Source: Clostridia bacterium (GTDB lineage Bacteria; Bacillota; Clostridia; Oscillospirales; CAG-272). From it: DNA of 64,000 bases. A program made the position numbers and the translations under genes. Shown here piece after piece: positions 1-8,161 of the stretch. Position 1 is the stretch's first letter, and each line of letters opens with the position of its first letter. The notes beneath the pieces were generated by a model. It worked only from the letters and a program-made list of their open reading frames with translations, was not told the origin of the DNA and made no database searches. The stretch lies in assembly GCA_017387685.1 (NCBI GenBank), contig JAFOEU010000058.1:67936-131935 (forward strand), in the 5' to 3' direction.

Positions 1-563
1 AAGAGGGCGTTCTTAACGCTTCCCGTGGTGACGATGTCCATAGAGCAGGTTGAATCCATCGCTACGAGATAGCCCGTGTCAACGATCATCGACTGTCCTG
101 CCGCGAGCGTGTATTCGACCGCGTTACCGTCGATCTCGATAAAGGCAATACCTTGACCGCCGATCTTCTGCATAATGAATCCCTCGCCGCCGAAGAAGCC
201 CGCGCCGAGCTTTTTCTGGAAGTGAAGAGAGAGCTCGATGCCCTCGGTGGATGCGAGGAACGCGCGCTTCTGAACGATTATTTCACGTCCGGGCTCAATG
301 TTGCAGGCGCGGATAGAGCCGGGAAAGCTCGAGGCAAACGCGATAAGCCCCGCCGCGCGCTCGGCTGTGTAGCGGTTCATAAAGAAGGATTCGCCCGCGA
401 ACATACGCGCAAATGCCTTTCCGACCCCGCCGTTCGAGGTGGTTTCCATCTTCATATTTTCGGTCATCCAGCTCATACTGCCGCGCTCGGTTATCATCGT
501 TTCGCCCACGTCAAGCGTGCAGATCACAACGGGGAGCGAATCGCCTTGAATTTCGTATTTCAT
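1..563 (-). CDS. AIM24/TIGR00266-family protein (DUF124). The C-terminal part lies beyond the window edge.
   Basis: Reverse-strand ATG at 561-563 follows a GGAGGA RBS. It translates MKYEIQGDSLPVVICTLDVGETMITERG... and stays open to position 1. The N-terminus matches the TIGR00266 pattern as I recall it. Confidence 0.7.
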   Translation of the reverse strand, partial: MKYEIQGDSLPVVICTLDVGETMITERGSMSWMTENMKMETTSNGGVGKAFARMFAGESFFMNRYTAERAAGLIAFASSFPGSIRACNIEPGREIIVQKRAFLASTEGIELSLHFQKKLGAGFFGGEGFIMQKIGGQGIAFIEIDGNAVEYTLAAGQSMIVDTGYLVAMDSTCSMDIVTTGSVKNAL

Positions 564-575
564 TGTAGTTCCTCC

Positions 576-3554
576 TTAAAATTGAGAGTAAAATTTATCT
601 TCGATTGCCTTTGCAATTTGGAGCATATCGTCCTTTTTGACCTTAACGACCTGTCTGTCGTAGGTAACGAGACCGTTCGTTTCGTCCTCAACGTCGCTGA
701 CCTGCGTGTAGACTGTCGCGCAAAGTCCGCGGTCTATCATAGGAATGACCTCGTCAAGGTAGAGAGATTTGAGTGCCTCACCGAATTTATCTGCGTCGGT
801 AAAGAAGCGGTAGCCGTAGGTGTTGTCGAGATTGAAGGAATGCCCCTCGATCTTGCAGGAGTAGCCGCCGAATTCCGAGAGGACGAGCGGAAGCTCGGGA
901 TTGTTCTTAAGATCGAGCTTCTTGAAATAGATGTGCTCGCTTTGGATGTCGCTTTCCTTTTCGGTGAACCAACCCGAGGTCGCATCCCATATACGGGTGG
1001 GATCGAGAGCTTTGAGTCGGCGGTAATTTTCGTCGGCATCGAACTGTCCCCATCCCTCGTTGAAGATCGTGTAGTAGACAACGGAGGGATGGTTGTAGAG
1101 ATGGCGGACGGTCATTGCGCTGTCGGTTTCAAATGTGGTGCGGCGGATGTCACTCGCCTTGTGGCTGATGCCTCGTCTCAGACCCGCCGTGGGGAGTGCC
1201 GTGTCGATAAAGAAGCTGTATTTGCCGCTGTTGACCATATCTTGAAAGACGATCATACCGTATTTGTCGCAGTAATAGTAGAACAACTCGGGCTCGATCT
1301 TGATGTGCTTGCGGAGCATATTGAAGCCGAGCTCCTTCATTTTGAGGATATCGTAGCGATATCCCTCGGGAGTCGCGGGGGTGTAGATTCCGTCGCTGTA
1401 ATACCCTTGGTCGAGCAGACCGTGGAAGAAATAGGGCTTGCCGTTGAGAGTGATATAGCTCTTGCCGCCGATTTTTTCGGTGCCAACGGTGCGGAGCGCA
1501 AAGTAGGATTCGATCTTATCCTCGCCCGATTCAAGTGTAAATTCGTAGAGGTAGGGATCTTCGGGCGACCAAAGGCGCGGATCATCGACCTTTAATTCAA
1601 ATTCGTTTCCTTCAAAGCGGTATTCCTTGCCGCCGAGGGTAATTATCTTTTCGTCCGCGCCGCCCTTGATCTTGAATTTGACCGAATTGAGTGTGGGCGT
1701 CATTTTGATGCGCTTGATATGATTTTCGGGAACAGCCTCAAGCCAAACCGACTGCCATATTCCGCTGATGGGAGTGTACCACATACCGCCGCGCTTTTTC
1801 GACTGTTTACCGTATGCGAGATCGGTGTCGAGATCGTCGATAACGTCAACCTGAATGGTGTTTTCGCCGTCTGAAAGATAATCGGTAATGTCGAATTCAA
1901 CGGGAAGATATCCGCCCGCGAGAATGTCGAGATTATGCTCGCCGATCCTCAGCATAAAGATCTGATCGACCGCGCCGAAGTGGAGAATGATGCGTTTGCC
2001 GCGCATTTCCTCGGGCAGCGTGAATTTCTTGGAGTATTTATAGACCTCGCAATCCTTTTTCTCGCGCTCGATGCCCGAAAGTCTTGATTCGGGCGGAAAG
2101 GGCACCTTGATCTTGCCAAGGTCGATCTCCTCACGGCTTATAAGCTTGAGATCCCACTCGCCGCAAAGCGACATATAGGAGTCGCGCTTCATCTGCGGAC
2201 GGGGATATTCGTCTCTCCAATTGCTCGCGCGGTCTTCTTCAAAAGGAGTTCTCAGATCCTTACAAAGGCGCGGATTGTTGAAATATTTCGATGCGAGAAG
2301 AAGGACGAGCGCAAGGATTCCTATTGGGACGAGTGCGCCGAAGAAAATATTTTCGTTTGGAACGAAGGATTCGGTGCCGTCGTTATTTACGATCTTTTCC
2401 GCATTCGTGAGTATCGACTTACCGATGAAGGGACCGATGACGCCGGGCAGAAGGACTTGCGCAAAGATGCGGATGCCCTGAAGTCTGCCCGCCTTATCCT
2501 CGGGTGTGAGATCACGGATCTTCGCGCCGAAGACCGCCATTCCCGAAAGATATCCGCACATCATAAGCAGCGAGCCGATGAAGACGGGAAGCTTTGCCTT
2601 GAAGATGAAGAGCAGAACGTATCCCACTCCAAGCCATACGAGAGAGTATGCGGAGGAATATCCGAATCCCTTCTTATCGTAGACCTTGCCCCAGAATGCC
2701 GTTGCGACCGATGCGAGGATGATCGCGGGCGCCATTACGAGAACGTAATCTGCCATTCCGAGCGATACCTCGTAATATATAATAAGGTAGGGCATAAATA
2801 TCTGTATCGAGATATTGAAGATTACGAATGACGCAAGGTAGAAGTAGAACGCGGGATTAGACTTTACCGTCGAGGGCATAAAGCCGTAGAATACGTTTTT
2901 GATGTATCCGCTCTCCGAGGGCGCGGGGCATTTATCCTCGATCGTGAATATTCCGATGATACCTATCGCGATAGTTGCGATACCGATTATGGCGAAGATC
3001 ATCACCCAGCTTTCTGCGAGGTTGAGGTCAAATGCCATAAATCCGCCGAACACTGCAAGGATGGCGACGAGGGGCATCATCGAGTTGATTCCCTCGGCGG
3101 AGCCGCGGTTGGTCGAGTCGGTCGAATCGGTCAGCCACGCGTTATACGCCGCATCGTTTGCCGACGAGCCGAAGAAGGTCATAAGGCAGTCGAGGGCGAT
3201 TGTCAGCGTGATGCCTATCGCTGCTGCGCTTGATGCGGCAGGGAAGAGAGCCTCAATTACATCGAGCCTGAGCAGTGCAAAGGCAAAGATCGAAATTCCC
3301 CAAAGAATATAACCGCCGCAAATAAACACCTTTCGCTTGCCTACGCGGTCGGAAAGTGCACCGATAAAGACGGTGGTCAGCGTTGCCGCAATCGCGCTTG
3401 CCGCGACCATAGCGGAAATATCCTCAGCCGAGGCGTTGAACATTTTGTAGATAAAGACGTTGAGATACATATTCTCAACGACCCACGCGATCTGTCCCAT
3501 AAGCCCAAAAAGAACGAGCGCGAGCCAGAAGCGTCCCGAAAGCTTGGTTTTCAT
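576..3554 (-). CDS. Fusion protein: N-terminal MFS sugar transporter (about 430 aa, multi-TM) joined to a C-terminal glycoside hydrolase family 2 module
   Basis: 992-aa ORF with an AAGGAG RBS. The N-terminal half is hydrophobic-helix rich (GQIAWVVENMYLNVF...). The C-terminal half carries GH2-like signatures NHPSVVYYTIFNEGWGQ (acid/base NE) and LVLSEFGGY (nucleophile E). Confidence 0.85.
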   Translation of the reverse strand: MKTKLSGRFWLALVLFGLMGQIAWVVENMYLNVFIYKMFNASAEDISAMVAASAIAATLTTVFIGALSDRVGKRKVFICGGYILWGISIFAFALLRLDVIEALFPAASSAAAIGITLTIALDCLMTFFGSSANDAAYNAWLTDSTDSTNRGSAEGINSMMPLVAILAVFGGFMAFDLNLAESWVMIFAIIGIATIAIGIIGIFTIEDKCPAPSESGYIKNVFYGFMPSTVKSNPAFYFYLASFVIFNISIQIFMPYLIIYYEVSLGMADYVLVMAPAIILASVATAFWGKVYDKKGFGYSSAYSLVWLGVGYVLLFIFKAKLPVFIGSLLMMCGYLSGMAVFGAKIRDLTPEDKAGRLQGIRIFAQVLLPGVIGPFIGKSILTNAEKIVNNDGTESFVPNENIFFGALVPIGILALVLLLASKYFNNPRLCKDLRTPFEEDRASNWRDEYPRPQMKRDSYMSLCGEWDLKLISREEIDLGKIKVPFPPESRLSGIEREKKDCEVYKYSKKFTLPEEMRGKRIILHFGAVDQIFMLRIGEHNLDILAGGYLPVEFDITDYLSDGENTIQVDVIDDLDTDLAYGKQSKKRGGMWYTPISGIWQSVWLEAVPENHIKRIKMTPTLNSVKFKIKGGADEKIITLGGKEYRFEGNEFELKVDDPRLWSPEDPYLYEFTLESGEDKIESYFALRTVGTEKIGGKSYITLNGKPYFFHGLLDQGYYSDGIYTPATPEGYRYDILKMKELGFNMLRKHIKIEPELFYYYCDKYGMIVFQDMVNSGKYSFFIDTALPTAGLRRGISHKASDIRRTTFETDSAMTVRHLYNHPSVVYYTIFNEGWGQFDADENYRRLKALDPTRIWDATSGWFTEKESDIQSEHIYFKKLDLKNNPELPLVLSEFGGYSCKIEGHSFNLDNTYGYRFFTDADKFGEALKSLYLDEVIPMIDRGLCATVYTQVSDVEDETNGLVTYDRQVVKVKKDDMLQIAKAIEDKFYSQF

Positions 3555-3583
3555 TTGAAAAGCTCCTTATATTTATTGAAATA

Positions 3584-3612
3584 ATTTTATCATAAAGCGT
3601 GCCTTTTGTCAA
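3584..3612 (-). promoter_or_regulatory. Sigma-A-type promoter for the MFS-GH2 gene (TTGACA-17-TAAAAT)
   Basis: Reverse strand: -35 at 3607-3612 and -10 at 3584-3589, with an exact 17-nt spacer. Confidence 0.55.
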
Positions 3613-3630
3613 TGACGATGCCGAAAATCA

Positions 3631-3659
3631 TTGACAATTAATAATATTAGTGCTATAAT
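3631..3659 (+). promoter_or_regulatory. Consensus promoter (TTGACA-17-TATAAT) for the isomerase-ktrBA operon
   Basis: -35 at 3631-3636 and -10 at 3654-3659, 33 nt upstream of the start codon. Confidence 0.6.
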
Positions 3660-3691
3660 TTAATTAATAACTCTATACGGAGGATTTTATT

Positions 3692-4411
3692 ATGGATTAC
3701 GGTATTCAGCTTTACAGCATTCGCGATCTTGCAAAGTCAAATTTTGAAGAGGCAGTTGCGGCGGCAGCGCGCATCGGTTACGCATCAATAGAATTCGCGG
3801 GATTCTTCGGAAGAACAGCCGAGCAGGTCAACAAGGCTATGGACGACTCGGGCATTCGCATCTGCGGTACTCACAGCGGTTGGGGCGAGCTTGCGAACGA
3901 TTATGAAAACACTCTCCGTTTCCACAAGGAGATCGGAAACAAGCATTATACGATCCCCGGCGCGGATCTTTCCACTCCCGAAAAGCTCCGCGATTTTGTT
4001 GAATTCCTCAACTATATGACACCAAAGCTTGCGGCGGAGGGCATCGAGCTTGCATATCACAATCACTCGCGCGAGTTCATCGTCAACGATTTCGGTGTAA
4101 GAACGCATGACGTCCTTGCGGCTGAAACCAAGGTCAATTTTGAGATCGACACCTATTGGGCATTCGTCGGCGGTGAGGATCCCGTGGCGGTGCTTGAAAA
4201 ATACGCGCACAGAATGTCGCTTATCCACCTCAAGGACGGTACTCCCGAGGGACATGGCAAATCGCTCGGTCTCGGTGCCGCACCTCTCGCGGACGTTGTT
4301 GCGACCGCCAAGAAGCTCGGACTTTATATGATCGTTGAAAGCGAGGGACAGGAGCCCGACGGTCCTGCCGAGATCACTCGCTGCATCGATTGGCTCAAGA
4401 TAAACGGCTGA
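3692..4411 (+). CDS. Sugar phosphate isomerase/epimerase (xylose-isomerase-like TIM barrel)
   Basis: 239-aa ORF downstream of a consensus promoter. The pattern is typical of the AP_endonuc_2 family (GYASIEF..., YHNHSREF, IHLKD). Confidence 0.8.
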   Translation: MDYGIQLYSIRDLAKSNFEEAVAAAARIGYASIEFAGFFGRTAEQVNKAMDDSGIRICGTHSGWGELANDYENTLRFHKEIGNKHYTIPGADLSTPEKLRDFVEFLNYMTPKLAAEGIELAYHNHSREFIVNDFGVRTHDVLAAETKVNFEIDTYWAFVGGEDPVAVLEKYAHRMSLIHLKDGTPEGHGKSLGLGAAPLADVVATAKKLGLYMIVESEGQEPDGPAEITRCIDWLKING

Positions 4412-5775
4412 TGACGTCCGCAGTAAATAAAAAACGCCGCAAGCCTCTCGGCACGGCGACGGTTATGGCACTCGGATTTCTCGCTATAATCGCGCTCGGA
4501 ACTATTCTTCTGACACTTCCGATATCGAGCGCGGAGGGCAAGCTTACGTCCCCGCTGACCGCTCTTTTCACCGCTGTCAGCGCGACCTGCGTGACGGGAC
4601 TTGTCGTAGTCGAGACGGGACTTTACTGGAGTCTTTTCGGTAAGATCGTCATAATCACACTCATACAGATCGGCGGTCTCGGATTTATGACGATGGCGGT
4701 TCTGCTTTCGATCATCATTCGCCGAAGACTTTCACCGCGTGACCGTGTGCTCGTTGCCGCATCGTACGGCATTACGGATTTCGGCGGGATCAACGTGCTT
4801 GTCAAAAGAATTCTGCTCGGTACGCTCTGTATTGAGGGAGCGGGCGCGCTGTTGCTTTCGATTCGTTTTATTCCCGAATTCGGATTTTCTAAAGGACTCG
4901 GATACGGTGTGTTCCACTCGATCTCCGCATTCTGCAACGCCGGCTTCGATATACTCGGAAACGGAAATTCTATGGGCGCGTATGCGAAGGATCCGCTCGT
5001 CAGCATTACGCTGATGCTACTCGTGCTCCTCGGCGGCATCGGATTTCCCGTGTGGAACGAATTTATCGGACACAAAAAACGTCAGAAATTCAGCGCGTAC
5101 ACAAAATTCGTGCTTATTTTAAGTGCCATATACGTCGTCGGCGGAGCGCTTGTCGTTGCGCTGCTTGAATGGAACAATCCTGCCACCCTTGGCGAGATGA
5201 GCTTCGGTGCAAAGGTGCTCAATTCCTTCTTCCAATCGGTGACTTGGAGAACTGCCGGCTTTACCGCGGTAGATAACGCTGCGCTGAACGAGGAAACGAA
5301 GCTTTTCGGACTTTTCTGGATGTTCTCGGGCGGCGCGTCGGCATCTACTGCCGGCGGTGTTAAGATCGCAACCATCGGTGTAATTATGCTTGCCGCGTAT
5401 TCTGTCGCGGTCGGAAAAAGTGAGATCAACTTTATGCGCCGTCGCATTCCTTTTGATGTAATGATGCGCGCTCTTTCGCTTGTTGTTATTCAGCTTATAC
5501 TGACAGTTGCCGCGACTATTATCTGCACAGTTGCCTGCGGCGGTATGGACGTCGAGGGTATCGACATTCTTTATGAGATCGTTTCAGCGGGTGCGACCGT
5601 AGGTCTTACTGCGGGGTTGACCCCCTTGCTCCCGCCGTCCGCCCTGATCGTTATAATATTTATGATGTATTTCGGACGCGTAGGAATTCTGACCGTTACC
5701 TTCTCTTTACTCGGTAAGGCGGTTAGAGGTTCCTCGTCGATCAGCTACCCCGACGCCAATATTTTAATAGGATAG
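4411..5775 (+). CDS. ktrB: Ktr/Trk-type potassium uptake membrane subunit (TrkH/KtrB family)
   Basis: Polytopic membrane protein with repeated selectivity-filter-like segments (TGLVVVETG, CNAGFDILGN, RTAGFT, GASASTAGGVK). I prefer the ATG at 4411, which overlaps the upstream stop by 1 nt, over the TTG at 4390 in the ORF track. Confidence 0.85.
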   Translation: MTSAVNKKRRKPLGTATVMALGFLAIIALGTILLTLPISSAEGKLTSPLTALFTAVSATCVTGLVVVETGLYWSLFGKIVIITLIQIGGLGFMTMAVLLSIIIRRRLSPRDRVLVAASYGITDFGGINVLVKRILLGTLCIEGAGALLLSIRFIPEFGFSKGLGYGVFHSISAFCNAGFDILGNGNSMGAYAKDPLVSITLMLLVLLGGIGFPVWNEFIGHKKRQKFSAYTKFVLILSAIYVVGGALVVALLEWNNPATLGEMSFGAKVLNSFFQSVTWRTAGFTAVDNAALNEETKLFGLFWMFSGGASASTAGGVKIATIGVIMLAAYSVAVGKSEINFMRRRIPFDVMMRALSLVVIQLILTVAATIICTVACGGMDVEGIDILYEIVSAGATVGLTAGLTPLLPPSALIVIIFMMYFGRVGILTVTFSLLGKAVRGSSSISYPDANILIG

Positions 5776-5787
5776 GAAATTTATATA

Positions 5788-6441
5788 ATGAATAGCTTTT
5801 GTATTATAGGACTCGGTAAGTTCGGTACCTCTCTTGCAGGCGCGCTTGTGGCAAACGGCAAACAGGTTATGGTCATTGATAACGATCCCGAAAAGGTTAC
5901 CCTTATTGCCGACAGCGTAACCAACGCCGTGATCGGCGACGCGACAAATGTGAATCTGCTTAAAGCCTCGGGTGTTGCCGACTATGATTGTGCCGTTGTT
6001 TGTATGACCGAAAACATCAGCGATATCATCCTCGTCACGATCCAGCTCAAGGAGCTCGGTGTTAAGCACGTCATTTCCCGCGCGGTCAACGAGGGACACA
6101 AAAAGGTGCTCTCCCACGTTGGCTCCGATGAGATCGTTTATCCCGAGCACGATATGGGAGAGAGACTTGCTTTCAGGCTCTCTCATTCCACGATTACGGA
6201 TTTCGTGCAGTTCAAGGGCTACAAGGTCGTTGAGATCGCCGTTCCCGAATCCTGGGTTGGCAAGGACCTCATTACCCTTAATCTCCGCAAGAATTTCGGA
6301 GTTAACGTCATCGCCGTCAGATACTGCGACGGCAGACTTGACGTTTCCCCCTCGCCGACGCGCGAGTTCAATGCGGGCGAGATCGTTTCCATTGTCGGCG
6401 ACGATCGCGACATTGACAAAATGACCGAAAAGCTTAAGTGA
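5788..6441 (+). CDS. ktrA: Potassium uptake regulatory subunit KtrA (RCK: TrkA-N plus TrkA-C)
   Basis: 217 aa with a Rossmann motif IIGLGKFG and a C-terminal TrkA-C-like domain. It lies directly downstream of ktrB. Confidence 0.85.
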   Translation: MNSFCIIGLGKFGTSLAGALVANGKQVMVIDNDPEKVTLIADSVTNAVIGDATNVNLLKASGVADYDCAVVCMTENISDIILVTIQLKELGVKHVISRAVNEGHKKVLSHVGSDEIVYPEHDMGERLAFRLSHSTITDFVQFKGYKVVEIAVPESWVGKDLITLNLRKNFGVNVIAVRYCDGRLDVSPSPTREFNAGEIVSIVGDDRDIDKMTEKLK

Positions 6442-6850
6442 TAAGCTTGGTAAGCAGACTGCGTTCCCCTGCAGTCTGCTTTTTTTCGCGATCCCGGACA
6501 AATTGCCATACGTCGCGTGCCTTTCCGAGACGGCGGTAAACGGTTCTGTCATCACAATTTTCTTCATACGCCAATCTTCGAATGCGCAGGGTTATCTCGC
6601 CCGCCCGCAAACGTTTTTTTGCTGTAGCAAAATAAATTTCCTTAACAGCGCGCAGCGCAAGCGTATCTCTATCGAGCTCAAGCAGACGAAGCGTATCGAA
6701 AACCGCAAGCATATCGAGAGCGGTGCGGTCACTGCATATCCCTCTGATGCGGCATAGAACCTGCAGAGCCGAATTACAATTGCATAACGAAAGCCGCGCA
6801 TAGCATCGGAAGGCTTGCGCGGCTTTTTCTTTCATAATATCTTTTTTCAC
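6434..6850 (-). CDS. Small putative HTH regulator (sigma-70 region-4-like / ArpU-like)
   Basis: 138-aa ORF with its own consensus promoter, a palindromic operator and a GAGGT RBS. The C-terminal segment ITLRIRRLAYEENCDDRTVYRRLGKARDVW resembles a region-4-type HTH. No confident family assignment. Confidence 0.45.
   Translation of the reverse strand: MKKDIMKEKAAQAFRCYARLSLCNCNSALQVLCRIRGICSDRTALDMLAVFDTLRLLELDRDTLALRAVKEIYFATAKKRLRAGEITLRIRRLAYEENCDDRTVYRRLGKARDVWQFVRDREKKQTAGERSLLTKLIT
6452..6487 (+). terminator. Rho-independent terminator after ktrA
   Basis: AAGCAGACTGC...GCAGTCTGCTT stem followed by a T-run. It lies inside the 3' end of the convergent small-regulator ORF. Confidence 0.7.
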
Positions 6851-6863
6851 GGTTACCTCACGA

Positions 6864-6883
6864 TATAGAACGATTGTTCTATA
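6864..6883. promoter_or_regulatory. Perfect 8+8 palindrome TATAGAAC-GATT-GTTCTATA abutting the -10 box (candidate operator)
   Basis: The arms at 6864-6871 and 6876-6883 are exact reverse complements and cover the predicted transcription start. Confidence 0.5.
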
Positions 6884-6912
6884 ATTATATCATACCGCGA
6901 AGGATTTGTCAA
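6884..6912 (-). promoter_or_regulatory. Consensus promoter (TTGACA-17-TATAAT) for the small regulator gene
   Basis: Reverse strand: -35 at 6907-6912 and -10 at 6884-6889. Confidence 0.6.
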
Positions 6913-6913
6913 G

Positions 6914-8137
6914 TTATTTTTTCGGTAGCATACTGCCGTCTGCGATCGAGGCGAGGTCTCTTTCGTGGATGAAGCAGATAACGTACGCGGGATCGGTCTT
7001 CGTTATTACCTGAGTATTGAAGTCAAGCGAAGTTCTGTAGATCGCGGTTCCGAAGGTGTTTGAGAAATAATCGATCATTATAATGCGATCCCAATCACTT
7101 GAAAACTGAACTGCGATACGCGGCTGGTCGGGTAGCTCCTCCTGATACTGCATCTTTGCAAACGCCATATCATATGTGTCGTAGCGGAGGAGAACCTGAT
7201 ACTTCTGGACGAAGTCTGTAGAGAGCGATACCGTGCGGTTCTTGATTACGTTTTCAAGCGTTGCGGTGCGGGCGAGCTCCTTGCCGGTGGTGGAGTGGAG
7301 CACGAAGTCAGAGTCGGAGAGGTATATTCTTCTTATCTTTGCGTTGATTTCACGGGGGAGCATATCGAGCACGGCGAGGTAGGCGTAATATGCACCGCGG
7401 CTGTTGAGTGAGTCCTCGGTGTTGTTATAGAGCTCGCCCTCACTGCGGGCTCGCTTTAAAGCATCGGTAAGATCGAGAAAATTGGTTACTCCGCGCCGTG
7501 CGAGATACGCGCTGACCGATTTAAGCCGCGTTTCCTCGCTGATGTTGCCCATATATCCGGGCATTCTGTCGGAATAAACGGTTTGCGAGTTCGGGATGAT
7601 AGCAAAATAACACGCGATGCCGTATTTTTCATATTCCGCGGTTATATCAAGAACTGCGGTATAATATGCATTAAGCTCGTCGCTGTTGAGGTCTAGTTCA
7701 CCGAGATAATCGGCAACGTAGTTGTAATCGCTTTTTTCGTTGTAGGTGGGGAAGAGAAACTCGTCCTTGCCGAGTAGAACGCTGTCGGTAGGGAGTCGGC
7801 GGAAAAGGTAGTAGTCAACGCTTGTGATATTTTTTCTTATCTTCTCCGAGAGGTAAAAGGTGTCGGCAAAATCAGACAGGATGATGTTCGGATGATCTTG
7901 TTCGTCGTAGTAGTTATCAACAAGCTCCTCCGAGCCGAGATAGGCAGACACTCCGAAGTTGACGAGGAAGGAGAGAAGGATGCCGATAAACAGTACGATA
8001 ACGATCACGCCGAGCGCGCGTGCGCCGCGGCCAGAGGTGAAAATATATTCGATATTGCAATCTGCGCGAAGATTAAGAGATGATGTTTCGCGGTGCTCTT
8101 CTTGCTCTTCGATATTATCAAAGCGGTTGTCGTTCAT
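6914..8137 (-). CDS. DHHW / AlgX-AlgJ-like SGNH-fold protein with an N-terminal membrane anchor; usual partner of MBOAT acyltransferases
   Basis: 407 aa with one TM helix (ALGVIVIVLFIGILLSFLV). The segment YNNTEDSLNSRGAYYAY aligns with the family motif TDHHW..GAYYAY. It lies downstream of the MBOAT gene on the same strand. Confidence 0.65.
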   Translation of the reverse strand: MNDNRFDNIEEQEEHRETSSLNLRADCNIEYIFTSGRGARALGVIVIVLFIGILLSFLVNFGVSAYLGSEELVDNYYDEQDHPNIILSDFADTFYLSEKIRKNITSVDYYLFRRLPTDSVLLGKDEFLFPTYNEKSDYNYVADYLGELDLNSDELNAYYTAVLDITAEYEKYGIACYFAIIPNSQTVYSDRMPGYMGNISEETRLKSVSAYLARRGVTNFLDLTDALKRARSEGELYNNTEDSLNSRGAYYAYLAVLDMLPREINAKIRRIYLSDSDFVLHSTTGKELARTATLENVIKNRTVSLSTDFVQKYQVLLRYDTYDMAFAKMQYQEELPDQPRIAVQFSSDWDRIIMIDYFSNTFGTAIYRTSLDFNTQVITKTDPAYVICFIHERDLASIADGSMLPKK

Positions 8138-8161
8138 GGTATCCTCCTTTCAGGAAAAGTA

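Noticed and set aside
153-1595. 480-aa forward ORF
   Set aside because: It lies entirely antisense to the GH2 half of the 576-3554 gene and to the AIM24-family gene. It has no RBS or recognisable motifs and a low-complexity R/A/V/G-rich composition typical of shadow ORFs in genes with GC-rich third codon positions.
4390-4410. TTG-initiated N-terminal extension of ktrB in the ORF track
   Set aside because: The ATG at 4411 gives a typical stop/start overlap with the upstream gene. The extension would overlap that gene by 22 nt.
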